From an uncultured SAR86 cluster bacterium (GTDB lineage Bacteria > Pseudomonadota > Gammaproteobacteria > Magnimaribacterales > D2472), in assembly GCA_902557575.1 (NCBI GenBank), contig CACEAR010000005.1, forward strand, positions 17,773 to 81,772: DNA of 64,000 nt, written 5' to 3'. Each line of letters begins with the position of its first letter. Within the stretch, counting starts at the first letter, position 1. Both the position numbers and the translations under genes were made by a program. The notes beneath the pieces were generated by a model. That model made no database searches. It was given only the letters and a program-made list of their open reading frames with translations, and was not told the origin of the DNA. This document shows positions 26,980 to 35,802 of this stretch, piece by piece.

Positions 26980-28429
26980 TTTTGAAAGCTTTTTCAATCC
27001 ATGGGATTCTATCTTCCTGACCACCGAATAAATCTGGATCCTTAAATACAGCTGAAATCGGTAAAGATCTGTTTTCACCAAATTGCCATTGAGATAATGT
27101 ATTTTTTAGTTCGAGAACTATTTCTTGATTCTCAGATGCAATATTTAATTTTTCAGATGGATCATCAAGAATGTTATAGAGTTGATCACCATCTGCAGAC
27201 GTAATCAATTTATAGGGCATCTCTATAACAGCATATTTATCATTAATAATATTAGTTACAACATATTTTGATGATTCGGAGTTATTGTTATCATTTAATG
27301 AACTTACCCGAGATTCCCCATCAACATCTATTTCATTTTTATAGTCAATGAGATCAAGAATAGTTGGTAAGACATCCATCATCGTAATAAAGTTTTCACT
27401 CTTTGAATATTCAAATTTGCCAGGCCACCAAATTACAGCAGGAACTCTTATACCTCCTTCTGATACTGACATTTTTCCCTCAGGCAAAGGCTTATTACTA
27501 CTACCTCCAGAATAGTTTTCACATATCCACTGAAAGATTTTTATACCAAACCTATCTTCAGTCTGACAAATACCAATCTTTTTAGGGATAGATAAAAATG
27601 AAGGATTAAGCTTTACATCTGGAGTTAGACCTCCATTATCACTGGCAAACATAACTATAGTGTTTTTGAGTACATTTTCTTTTTCTAATGCAGCAATAAT
27701 TTCACCGATAGCATTATCCATTTCATGTATCATCCCAGCATGAAGTCTTCTTGTTTCATCTTCAATATATGAGAATTTAAGAACTGACTCCGCTGGTGCC
27801 TCATTAGGGATATGCGGTGCACCAAAATTTATATTTAAAAAGATTGGATTAGTAAAATCATGATTATCAATAATTTTTAATGTATCGTTTTTGATAAGTT
27901 GTGTCACATATCCATCTTCTCTAAGACCAACTTCATTTCGTTGCCAGTCATGACCGCCACCATGAATATGATCCCAGTATCCAATTCCACCTGTTAGATA
28001 ACCATAAAAATAATCAAAACCTCTTCTTGTAGGAAAATAGTCAGGTATGTAAGAGCCAAGATGCCATTTACCCAATAAATAAGTGCTGTAATTTAACTCT
28101 TTTAAATACTGAGGTAAGATTTTCTCCTCGAGACCTAAACCTAATTTTTGATTCTTTGATATTGGCCTTGTTATTCCTAATCTCATAGCAGATTTACCTG
28201 TCATGAGTTCAGCTCTTGTAGGACTACAGGTGGGTTGTACATAAAATCTATCGAGCTCAACACCTGAAGAAATTAACTTATCAATATTAGGAGTCTTTAT
28301 TTCACTTCCGTGATAACTCACATCATTCCAACCTAAATCATCGGCAAGGATAATTAGAATATTAGGAGATGTGAATCCATAACTAGTAAAAAAAATAGAT
28401 GCAATTAATAAAAACTTATTTTTCATCAT
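26963..28429 (-). CDS. Cys-type (formylglycine-dependent) arylsulfatase
   Basis: Signal peptide, ILADDLGWNDV, and the sulfatase signature C-S-P-T-R (Cys codon at 28226-28228) followed by AELMTGK. Also has the GKWHLG and SDNGG motifs. Confidence 0.9.
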   Translation of the reverse strand: MMKNKFLLIASIFFTSYGFTSPNILIILADDLGWNDVSYHGSEIKTPNIDKLISSGVELDRFYVQPTCSPTRAELMTGKSAMRLGITRPISKNQKLGLGLEEKILPQYLKELNYSTYLLGKWHLGSYIPDYFPTRRGFDYFYGYLTGGIGYWDHIHGGGHDWQRNEVGLREDGYVTQLIKNDTLKIIDNHDFTNPIFLNINFGAPHIPNEAPAESVLKFSYIEDETRRLHAGMIHEMDNAIGEIIAALEKENVLKNTIVMFASDNGGLTPDVKLNPSFLSIPKKIGICQTEDRFGIKIFQWICENYSGGSSNKPLPEGKMSVSEGGIRVPAVIWWPGKFEYSKSENFITMMDVLPTILDLIDYKNEIDVDGESRVSSLNDNNNSESSKYVVTNIINDKYAVIEMPYKLITSADGDQLYNILDDPSEKLNIASENQEIVLELKNTLSQWQFGENRSLPISAVFKDPDLFGGQEDRIPWIEKAFKNAESQ

Positions 28430-29286
28430 ATTTTTTTATCAAATTGCTCAAGGATAGCTTTAAGAACAGACGAATCATTTTTTTTATAATATTCACTAAG
28501 CAACATTTTTTCTTTATCAGTGTAGTAGTTGAGGATTCCATCCCTATAACTATTCCTTGATTTAAGATTTTCCCAATATTCATTGATGAAGGGTGTTTTG
28601 TATGAAAGAGTCTGTTCAAGACCAAGATCAATTAATCTATTGAAAACACACATAAGATTTATATCAACATGAGAAAATGTGTCGTAAAAGAAATCTCTAC
28701 CATCTGAAAATAACTTCTCTAACTTAATAATCTCATCAACATAATTATTAACTCCCATAAATGGTATTTTTTTTGATGGATTGCCAAAGTACATTGCAAT
28801 GAAAATCATTTTTCTATCCTTTCTAGGATGCCTCAAAAGTATCTTCATTATTGAGCTAAAGGGCAGTTGTTTAATCATATATTGAAGGAGAGGTGATGAG
28901 AAAACGGGCATTATTGTTCCCAATGTAGAAGCAAACTCTACTCCATCAGTGATCGTTGTATCTGATGCCCATTTTCTAATTTCATCTTCATTTACATTAT
29001 CTGGATAAAGCGAATAGGCGCTATTAGAGTCAATTTTATCTAATTGATATATTATTTCTTCACTGCCACAAATTGTGTTTCCATCTATCTGAATTGCAGG
29101 AACTGTTCCAAGTGGATTAATTGCAAGATAATCTTTGTCAATATTTTCACCTTCGGGATATTGATCACAAAGTCTTATATGGCGTTTGTCAAATGAAAAA
29201 CCTTTTTCAAGCAAAGCTACTCTGACCATTTGACTGCAAAATGACCAATTTGCATGATAAAGAATAATATTTGGATTAGACATCAA
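28426..29286 (-). CDS. GST-fold protein (thioredoxin-like N-domain plus long helical C-domain)
   Basis: ILYHANWSFCSQMVRVALLEKG...NPLGTVPAIQIDG is a GST N-terminal domain pattern; 286 aa. The stop overlaps the sulfatase start (4 nt). Confidence 0.6.
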   Translation of the reverse strand: MMSNPNIILYHANWSFCSQMVRVALLEKGFSFDKRHIRLCDQYPEGENIDKDYLAINPLGTVPAIQIDGNTICGSEEIIYQLDKIDSNSAYSLYPDNVNEDEIRKWASDTTITDGVEFASTLGTIMPVFSSPLLQYMIKQLPFSSIMKILLRHPRKDRKMIFIAMYFGNPSKKIPFMGVNNYVDEIIKLEKLFSDGRDFFYDTFSHVDINLMCVFNRLIDLGLEQTLSYKTPFINEYWENLKSRNSYRDGILNYYTDKEKMLLSEYYKKNDSSVLKAILEQFDKKI

Positions 29287-29291
29287 AGAAA

Positions 29292-29978
29292 TTAATCTTT
29301 AAATTTCTTTTTCATATTAACTACAGCATCAAACCCTGAAACCGGTTTCTTTCCCTCAGGAACAGTATTGCCTTTAGTTATTAATTCTGAAAAATCACTT
29401 CCGGCTTTATACATTTCGTATAAAACCTCTACATCCATATTTGTTCCTATTGGCTCATCCTCAAAATCTGGTGAAATATTATTTTTAAATTCTTCAGCTG
29501 ATGAAAAATGTTCAAAAAATATCTCAACTAAATTACCATCAGGATCTTTATAATAGATACCACTAATCCACCCATGATTTATTGTCCAAAGTGGATCTAA
29601 TCCCCGTTCTTTTGCTTCAAAATAGAAGTTAAACCATCTATCTATTGGATTTATCCTGTAAGAGATATGATCAAGGCCCACAATAGTTGGTATTTTTTTA
29701 TTAAGAAACAGTTTTAGATTCATAATTAGCTTTGGAATAAAACCTAAGTTCTTTAAGACATCTGACGTATTAGCAATTGCTACTCTATGATGCTCATCAT
29801 CAAATGCTAAGAATGTAATTTGATTACTTTGGTAGAGAGGCTCGCAACCAAACAGTTTTTTATAAAACTCCACCATTTCTTCATAGTTGGTAGTTTTGAA
29901 TGCCACATGGTGAAAGTCATCAGGTGAATATTTAGATTTATAATTTAAATATAAATCTTTATTAAAAATTTTTTCCAT
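29292..29978 (-). CDS. VOC superfamily protein, extradiol-dioxygenase-like
   Basis: Putative metal-ligand pattern FHHVAF ... LDHISY ... LVEIFFE (His, His, Glu) spaced as in small type I extradiol dioxygenases/glyoxalase-fold enzymes. Confidence 0.65.
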   Translation of the reverse strand: MEKIFNKDLYLNYKSKYSPDDFHHVAFKTTNYEEMVEFYKKLFGCEPLYQSNQITFLAFDDEHHRVAIANTSDVLKNLGFIPKLIMNLKLFLNKKIPTIVGLDHISYRINPIDRWFNFYFEAKERGLDPLWTINHGWISGIYYKDPDGNLVEIFFEHFSSAEEFKNNISPDFEDEPIGTNMDVEVLYEMYKAGSDFSELITKGNTVPEGKKPVSGFDAVVNMKKKFKD

Positions 29979-30032
29979 ATAATTTATTATACTTATTGAC
30001 TTAACTATTTATACTTTGAAATATTAATTTAT

Positions 30033-30938
30033 ATGAAACTTTTAACATTTACATTAAAAAAAGAACAAAACTTCAGAGTTGGAGCTTTTAAGAATGAAAA
30101 TATTGTAGATTTATCTGAGGCAGAACTTCCAACTGATATGGTTGAGTTTATTGGCTTAGGAGATACTGGAGTTGATAAAGCTACAGATTATGTTGAGTCA
30201 AATATAACTGGCATTTCACCAGAGGATATAACAATCAAAGCGCCTATCCGGACTCCAAACAAGATTCTTGCAGTTGGCCTAAATTACAAGAAACATGTAG
30301 AGGAAGCTAAAGATCTTAAAGATCATCATAGCAATGAGGTTGAACTTCAAGAGCAATTTCCTAATATCTTCAATAAACAAAACTCATCAGTCAATGATCC
30401 ATATGGTGAAGTGCATAGACCTAATGCTTCCAATTGGCTCGACTATGAGGGTGAGCTTGGGATGGTTGTTGGTAAATCATGTAGACATGTTCCTTATGAT
30501 CAAGCTCATAAAGCTATATATGGCTATACTGTCGTTAACGATTTTACTGTGAGAGATTGGCAGTTTAGAGGACCGCCTCACACAATGACGATGGGTAAGT
30601 CTTGGGATACACATTGTCCTTTTGGACCATATATTGTTACTTCAGATGAAATAGATGATCCTCATAATTTAAATTTAAGAACCTATGTAAATAATGAAGA
30701 GCGACAGAATACTAATACAAGTCTAATGATTTTTGATTGTTATACTCTAATAGAATATTTATCAACCGCCTTTACCTTGAAGCCTGGCGATTTGATTCCT
30801 ACTGGAACACCTGAAGGCTCTGCATTGGCAACACAAAATTGGTTAGTTCCTGGTGACAAAGTAAAGGTGGAAATTGATGGGATTGGTTTCATTGAAAACG
30901 AAATAGTTCAAGAACCAGACACAACAAAACTACTCTAA
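30033..30938 (+). CDS. Fumarylacetoacetate hydrolase (FAH) family protein
   Basis: DYEGELGMVVGK, VVNDFTVRDWQ and GDLIPTGTPEG are typical FAH-domain motifs; 301 aa. Confidence 0.85.
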   Translation: MKLLTFTLKKEQNFRVGAFKNENIVDLSEAELPTDMVEFIGLGDTGVDKATDYVESNITGISPEDITIKAPIRTPNKILAVGLNYKKHVEEAKDLKDHHSNEVELQEQFPNIFNKQNSSVNDPYGEVHRPNASNWLDYEGELGMVVGKSCRHVPYDQAHKAIYGYTVVNDFTVRDWQFRGPPHTMTMGKSWDTHCPFGPYIVTSDEIDDPHNLNLRTYVNNEERQNTNTSLMIFDCYTLIEYLSTAFTLKPGDLIPTGTPEGSALATQNWLVPGDKVKVEIDGIGFIENEIVQEPDTTKLL

Positions 30939-30945
30939 TTCCAAT

Positions 30946-32436
30946 ATGGAAAAATTTGATGTTGCTATATGTGGTTATGGTCCAGTTGGTGCAACATTAT
31001 CCCTTCTGTTAGCTAAATATAATTATAAGGTATTAATAATCGAGAAAAATCAGGGTCCGTGCAAAACAGCCAGGGCAATCAATACCGATGGCGAGCAATT
31101 AAGAATATTTGATCAATTTAATATAGCAGAGAGAGTTATCGCTAATTCTAATCAAATTGAAAAAGTTCATTTTTCAAACAAAGATTTAGAACCAATTCAG
31201 ACAATTATCGCAAGTCTTGATGATACAGATATGGGTTGGCCCAATCAGGTTCTTTTTTATCAACCAGAGTTAGAAACATTTTTAAGGGAAAAAATAGAAA
31301 CTTTTCAAAATATTGAAATTAAAGAATCTTGTGAGTTAGTTGATTTTAAAAATACAAATGATGGAGTGGATTTATTTATTAATGAAGAAAATCAGAGTGT
31401 TAAATTAAAATCCAAATTACTATTTGGATGTGATGGAGCAAGTAGCTTTATTAGAAAAAAGTTAAATATTAATTTAGAAGATTTAGGATATAACCAAAAG
31501 TGGTTGGTATGTGATGCTCATCTTACAAGGGATATTGGCTTAAAAAATGAATTGGTTCAGGTTTGTGATCCCTCACGACCAGGAACCTTTCTTCACGGAA
31601 GAAGAGGACATCTCCGTTTTGAATTTAGAGTTATGCCCGATGACGATGAGGATAATATACAAAAAGAAACATACGTTTGGGAGCTTTTATCTCCTTGGAT
31701 AAATAAAGAAAATGCACTTTTGGAAAGAGCAGCTATATACACATTTCATGCATGTATTGCAGAGAGATGGAACGAAAATAATGTTTTCATTGCTGGTGAT
31801 GCTGCTCATCAAATGCCTCCATTCATGGGTGCTGGAATGGGAACAGGTATTAGAGATGTATCTAATCTAGCTTGGAAAGTCGATCTTTTCTTTAAAAATA
31901 AATGTACTAAAGATATTTTTAAGACTTATCAAAATGAAAGATACCTGCATGCAAAATGGACAGTTGCACAGACAAAATCAATAGGTGAAATGATAGAGGG
32001 ATTTTGCGCGGCAGAGGAGGGTAAGGAATACACACCAGAGGGTCCAAGCTATGAAGCTAAATTCCCTCATATACCAGAAGGAGTATTTGGAGATACCTCT
32101 GACATGATAACCGGTTGCCCAATACCCCAACCAATACTTAATAGAGAAACTAAGTTAGTAAAATTAGACAGAATCATAGCTTCAAAATTTTCAATAATTT
32201 CAAATAAAAATCTTCCGTCGTTATCTTCTAAAGCAAAAAAAATTTTTAAACATCTATCAATTCATTTTGAAAAAATTACATTAAATGATGATAAAGAAAA
32301 TCGATTAAAAAACATCTTTGATAAATATGACTTTGTTTTAGTGAGACCAGATTTATATGTTTATGGTGGATGTGATTTAGAAAATATATCAAATGTTATA
32401 GAAAGTCTTGAAGATAAGTTTTTTCTTAAGTTATGA
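30946..32436 (+). CDS. FAD-dependent aromatic-ring monooxygenase (MhpA/PheA/TfdB-like)
   Basis: ICGYGPVGA dinucleotide fold, CDGASSFIR, and FIAGDAAHQMPPFMGAGM (GD..H motif of class A flavoprotein hydroxylases). Confidence 0.8.
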   Translation: MEKFDVAICGYGPVGATLSLLLAKYNYKVLIIEKNQGPCKTARAINTDGEQLRIFDQFNIAERVIANSNQIEKVHFSNKDLEPIQTIIASLDDTDMGWPNQVLFYQPELETFLREKIETFQNIEIKESCELVDFKNTNDGVDLFINEENQSVKLKSKLLFGCDGASSFIRKKLNINLEDLGYNQKWLVCDAHLTRDIGLKNELVQVCDPSRPGTFLHGRRGHLRFEFRVMPDDDEDNIQKETYVWELLSPWINKENALLERAAIYTFHACIAERWNENNVFIAGDAAHQMPPFMGAGMGTGIRDVSNLAWKVDLFFKNKCTKDIFKTYQNERYLHAKWTVAQTKSIGEMIEGFCAAEEGKEYTPEGPSYEAKFPHIPEGVFGDTSDMITGCPIPQPILNRETKLVKLDRIIASKFSIISNKNLPSLSSKAKKIFKHLSIHFEKITLNDDKENRLKNIFDKYDFVLVRPDLYVYGGCDLENISNVIESLEDKFFLKL

Positions 32437-32446
32437 TCTAAAAATT

Positions 32447-34126
32447 ATGAAATTATATACACTAACTATTTTATTATTCCTTTCAAGTCAGACTATTGCC
32501 TATGACAGAATTTTAGGAAAAGATTTTGCGACTCGTTCAGAAGTTATCGCAACAAATGGAATGGCTGCAACCAGTCATCCACTGGCTACACAAACAGCTA
32601 TAGATGTTTTAAAGAGTGGCGGTAATGCTATTGATGCTGCGATAGCAGCAAATGCTGTTTTAGGTCTTGTCGAGCCGACAGGATGTGGCATTGGCGGTGA
32701 TCTATTTGCCATAGTTTGGATTGATGAAGATAAAAAGTTATATGGTTTGAATTCATCTGGCCCAGCACCGCAGGATATGACAATTAAAAAGTTAAAAGCT
32801 ATGGGCATAGATAAAATTCCTCCATTTGGTCCTTTGCCTGTAACAGTGCCTGGTGCTGTAGCTGGATGGGCAGCTCTTCATAAACGTTTTGGCAGTAAAT
32901 CTTTTGAAGAGTTATTTAATAATGCTATTTATTATGCAGATAACGGGTTCCCAATTACCGAGGTTGTTGGATATTATCTTCAACTATCTTCTGAAAGATA
33001 CAAAGATTATCCAAACTTTAATGATGTATGGATGCCAAATGGTGAAGCTCTTAAAAAAGGCGATGTTTTCGTCAATAAAGATTTAGCTAATGCATACAAA
33101 CAAATTGCTAAATCCTATGGAGAAAGTTTTTATAATGGTGATATAGCTCAAACAATTGCTGAATTTATAACTGAACAGGGCGGGTTTCTCTCAGTAGATG
33201 ATCTTAAAAGTTATGAACCAGAATGGATTAACCCAGTGTCATCCAACTATAGAGGTTTTGATGTTTGGGAATTACCACCAAACGGTCAAGGTATAGCTGC
33301 ACTTCAAATACTAAATATTCTTGAGCAATACGATATTGCTAGCATGGGACATAATTCTGCTGAATACATTCACCTTTTTACTGAAGCTAAAAAATTAGCT
33401 TATGAAGATAGAGCAAAATATTATGCTGATATGAGTTTTGCTGATGTGCCTGTAAAAGAACTTATTTCCAAAGAATATGCATTAACGAGAAATAAATTAA
33501 TTAATCCAAAAAAAGCTGCATCTACCTACGATAGTGGTATTTTCGAAGATGGCGATACTATTTATATGACAGTTGCTGATAAAGATGGAAATATGGTTTC
33601 ACTTATACAGAGTAATTATCGAGGTATGGGTTCGGGTATGGTGCCACCAAATCTTGGTTTTATGCTTCAAGATAGAGGCGAAATGTTTAGCCTAGATCCA
33701 GACCACCGCAACAGTTTAGAGGGTGGTAAAAGACCATTCCATACAATTATTCCTGCATTTATTACCAAGGATGATAAGCCATTTATAAGTTTTGGTTTAA
33801 TGGGTGGGGGTATGCAGCCTCAGGGACATGCTCAAATCGTTGTAAATATAGTAGATTTTCAAATGAATCTTCAAGAAGCAGGAGATGCTCCAAGAATTAG
33901 ACATTTCGGGTCATCGGAACCAACTGGTGAAACTATGCTTAATGGAGGATTTCTTAGCCTCGAGTCAGGCATTAATGATCAGGTTCGAAATGAGTTATTA
34001 AAATTAGGTCATAACCTTAAAGATGAAAAGGGAGGCTACGGGGGCTATCAAGCAATAATGAAAGTAAATGAAGTTTATTATGGTGCATCTGAAAGTAGAA
34101 AAGATGGTCATGCAAGCGGTTACTAG
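32447..34126 (+). CDS. ggt: Gamma-glutamyltransferase (periplasmic)
   Basis: Signal peptide MKLYTLTILLFLSSQTIA. The autoprocessing Thr context DGDTIYMTVADKDGN aligns to E. coli QTTHYSVVDKDGN. Also has the GGMQPQGH motif. I use the ATG at 32447 rather than 32408. Confidence 0.9.
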   Translation: MKLYTLTILLFLSSQTIAYDRILGKDFATRSEVIATNGMAATSHPLATQTAIDVLKSGGNAIDAAIAANAVLGLVEPTGCGIGGDLFAIVWIDEDKKLYGLNSSGPAPQDMTIKKLKAMGIDKIPPFGPLPVTVPGAVAGWAALHKRFGSKSFEELFNNAIYYADNGFPITEVVGYYLQLSSERYKDYPNFNDVWMPNGEALKKGDVFVNKDLANAYKQIAKSYGESFYNGDIAQTIAEFITEQGGFLSVDDLKSYEPEWINPVSSNYRGFDVWELPPNGQGIAALQILNILEQYDIASMGHNSAEYIHLFTEAKKLAYEDRAKYYADMSFADVPVKELISKEYALTRNKLINPKKAASTYDSGIFEDGDTIYMTVADKDGNMVSLIQSNYRGMGSGMVPPNLGFMLQDRGEMFSLDPDHRNSLEGGKRPFHTIIPAFITKDDKPFISFGLMGGGMQPQGHAQIVVNIVDFQMNLQEAGDAPRIRHFGSSEPTGETMLNGGFLSLESGINDQVRNELLKLGHNLKDEKGGYGGYQAIMKVNEVYYGASESRKDGHASGY

Positions 34127-34135
34127 AGAGCAAAA

Positions 34136-34321
34136 ATGATTGGATATGGTGAAGTTATATTTTTTTGGTTTTTAGTCTGGCTATTTGGTATTCAATATCA
34201 TTATGGAAAGCTCTTACCTAATATAAGACCAAGAATCTTCTGGTATAGCTTATTAATAATTTCGGGCGTTACGTCCTACTATTTATATCCCTTACTAGAG
34301 CCTCTCTTTTTACAAATATAA
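34136..34321 (+). CDS. Small 2-TM membrane protein, hypothetical
   Basis: 61 aa, aromatic-rich and hydrophobic. It lies 9 nt after ggt, and its 3' end overlaps the convergent gene. Confidence 0.35.
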   Translation: MIGYGEVIFFWFLVWLFGIQYHYGKLLPNIRPRIFWYSLLIISGVTSYYLYPLLEPLFLQI

Positions 34322-34611
34322 TCATCTTTAGTTACTTTATATAACCAACTATTTACTTCAGTTAGCATATTTGATTTTTCGTTAAACTCTAAAAATGAAT
34401 TTAATAGAATAGATCTTCGTTGTGCAAAGATTTCACTTTCTGCATAGCTATTAAATAAATATATATTTTCTTTAAATAAGAATTGTTTATTTTTGTATTT
34501 AATAACTAGTTTTTGCTTATCTTCATTGTTATTCATATTTTGACAATCAAAAAATGTATCTTCAGCCTGAACTGAAAATGCTAAGAATAGAAATAAAATT
34601 AATTTATTCAA
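34279..34611 (-). CDS. Small secreted hypothetical protein
   Basis: With a TTG start at 34609-34611 the product begins MNKLILFLFLAFSVQAEDT, a clean signal peptide. That TTG overlaps the TGA of an upstream mini-ORF (TTGA). The track ORF extends to 34644. Confidence 0.4.
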   Translation of the reverse strand: MNKLILFLFLAFSVQAEDTFFDCQNMNNNEDKQKLVIKYKNKQFLFKENIYLFNSYAESEIFAQRRSILLNSFLEFNEKSNMLTEVNSWLYKVTKDDYICKKRGSSKGYK

Positions 34612-34769
34612 AGGTACCAGATACCAAAAACACCTACACAGCAAATAAGTATCATTAGACGTATAAGGATCTTAGAAAAAAGATTGTTACTCCAGCTATC
34701 CTGTTTACTTATTGATACAAACAGTAAGATTGCATATAGAAGGGGTATAGATAGTAACAATTTAGTCAT
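34608..34769 (-). CDS. Unlisted mini-ORF, 53-aa 2-TM peptide
   Basis: Hand translation gives MTKLLLSIPLLYAILLFVSISKQDSWSNNLFSKILIRLMILICCVGVFGIWYL. ATG at 34767-34769; the TGA at 34608-34610 overlaps the downstream TTG start. Confidence 0.3.
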   Translation of the reverse strand: MTKLLLSIPLLYAILLFVSISKQDSWSNNLFSKILIRLMILICCVGVFGIWYL

Positions 34770-34836
34770 AGTAATATTATATATAAGAATATTTTTTTAA
34801 TAGAATGTATTAACTAGAAATTATAGAGATTTAAAA

Positions 34837-34944
34837 ATGAAGGTTATAAAAAAATTACTTACTATAGTCATAGGTCTTGGAGTCGGTGCTTTAATTTATT
34901 TTGCTCTATGGTCCGTATTTGTATACTTCGGAATAGTTAAATAA
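34837..34944 (+). CDS. Unlisted mini-ORF, 35-aa single-TM peptide
   Basis: Hand translation gives MKVIKKLLTIVIGLGVGALIYFALWSVFVYFGIVK. The stop lies 3 nt before the DCC-family start at 34948. The SD is weak. Confidence 0.25.
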   Translation: MKVIKKLLTIVIGLGVGALIYFALWSVFVYFGIVK

Positions 34945-34947
34945 TTT

Positions 34948-35274
34948 ATGAATACTTCTGATAAGGTCTTGTTCAATGAAAAATGTTCAATCTGTAACAT
35001 TGAAATTCAACATTATAAGAAAAGATCAAATGTTAAGTTTATTGATTGTAGTGAAATGGATGATAAATATTTAAAAAAACTTCATGTGATTTTAGCTGAC
35101 GGAAATGAATTGGTTGGTGTAGATGCATTTATCTATGTTTGGAGAAGAACTAAAGGATATAACTGGTTAGCTACACTAACTTCTTTACCGGTCATTAAGC
35201 AGATTGCTAAGTTTATTTATTCAATTCTAGCCTTTTTGATTTATTGGCGTTTTAAGATATTCATAAAAAGCTAA
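34948..35274 (+). CDS. Thiol-disulfide oxidoreductase DCC family (DUF393)
   Basis: N-terminal F-N-E-K-C-S-I-C motif (CxxC) and a hydrophobic C-terminal tail; 108 aa, as in DCC-family proteins. Confidence 0.7.
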   Translation: MNTSDKVLFNEKCSICNIEIQHYKKRSNVKFIDCSEMDDKYLKKLHVILADGNELVGVDAFIYVWRRTKGYNWLATLTSLPVIKQIAKFIYSILAFLIYWRFKIFIKS

Positions 35275-35298
35275 AATAACTTATAATAATTGCCTTTA

Positions 35299-35388
35299 GG
35301 AGAGATGGCAGAGCGGTTGAATGCACTGGTCTTGAAAACCAGCAAGGGGGCAACTCCTTCCAGGGTTCGAATCCCTGTCTCTCCGCCA
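35299..35388 (+). tRNA. tRNA-Ser (anticodon UGA), CCA encoded
   Basis: Acceptor stem GGAGAGA/TCTCTCC, anticodon arm CTGGT-CTTGAAA-ACCAG (UGA), a long variable arm (class II), and T-arm AGGGTTCGAATCCCT. Very close to E. coli tRNA-Ser(UGA). Confidence 0.92.
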
Positions 35389-35401
35389 CTTAATAAGAAA
35401 C

Positions 35402-35800
35402 ATGCACGAATTTAATCCTTTTAGTATTAATAAACCTAAATTCTTAGATATCTTAGGTTTTTCAGATTTTAATCTTGATAAAGATAATAAAACTCTTGAA
35501 CTTAAATTTAATGCCTCTGTTGAGCTAACACACTCAAACGATACCATCGTTCAAGGAGGATTTGTGACTGCTATGCTTGATTCATGTATGGCACAACTTG
35601 TTTTAGCTTTAACAAATGGTCAAGTAAATCCATTAACCCTTGATATCAATGTTCAATTTCTTAGACCTTGTACTGTTGGGGAGATTCTCGTAAGAGCTAA
35701 ATATATAAAAGAGGGCAGAACAATCGCATATACAAGTGCAAAGCTTTTTCAGAATGAAAAGATTGTTGCAAGTGCAACCGCAACTAGCAAGTTAGTCTAA
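35402..35800 (+). CDS. PaaI/hotdog-fold thioesterase
   Basis: 132 aa. TIVQGGFVTAMLDS and a late GRTIAYTSAKL are typical of PaaI-type acyl-CoA thioesterases. It starts 13 nt after the tRNA. Confidence 0.7.
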   Translation: MHEFNPFSINKPKFLDILGFSDFNLDKDNKTLELKFNASVELTHSNDTIVQGGFVTAMLDSCMAQLVLALTNGQVNPLTLDINVQFLRPCTVGEILVRAKYIKEGRTIAYTSAKLFQNEKIVASATATSKLV

Positions 35801-35802
35801 CA

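Noticed and set aside
28416-28631. 71-aa minus-strand ORF overlapping the GST-fold gene
   Set aside because: It is an alternative frame fully within or overlapping a longer, motif-supported CDS on the same strand, and the operon spacing is already explained.
35296-35547. 83-aa minus-strand ORF from the track
   Set aside because: It lies antisense over tRNA-Ser and the start of the thioesterase gene. Its product has no features, and the tRNA explains the conservation-like open frame.
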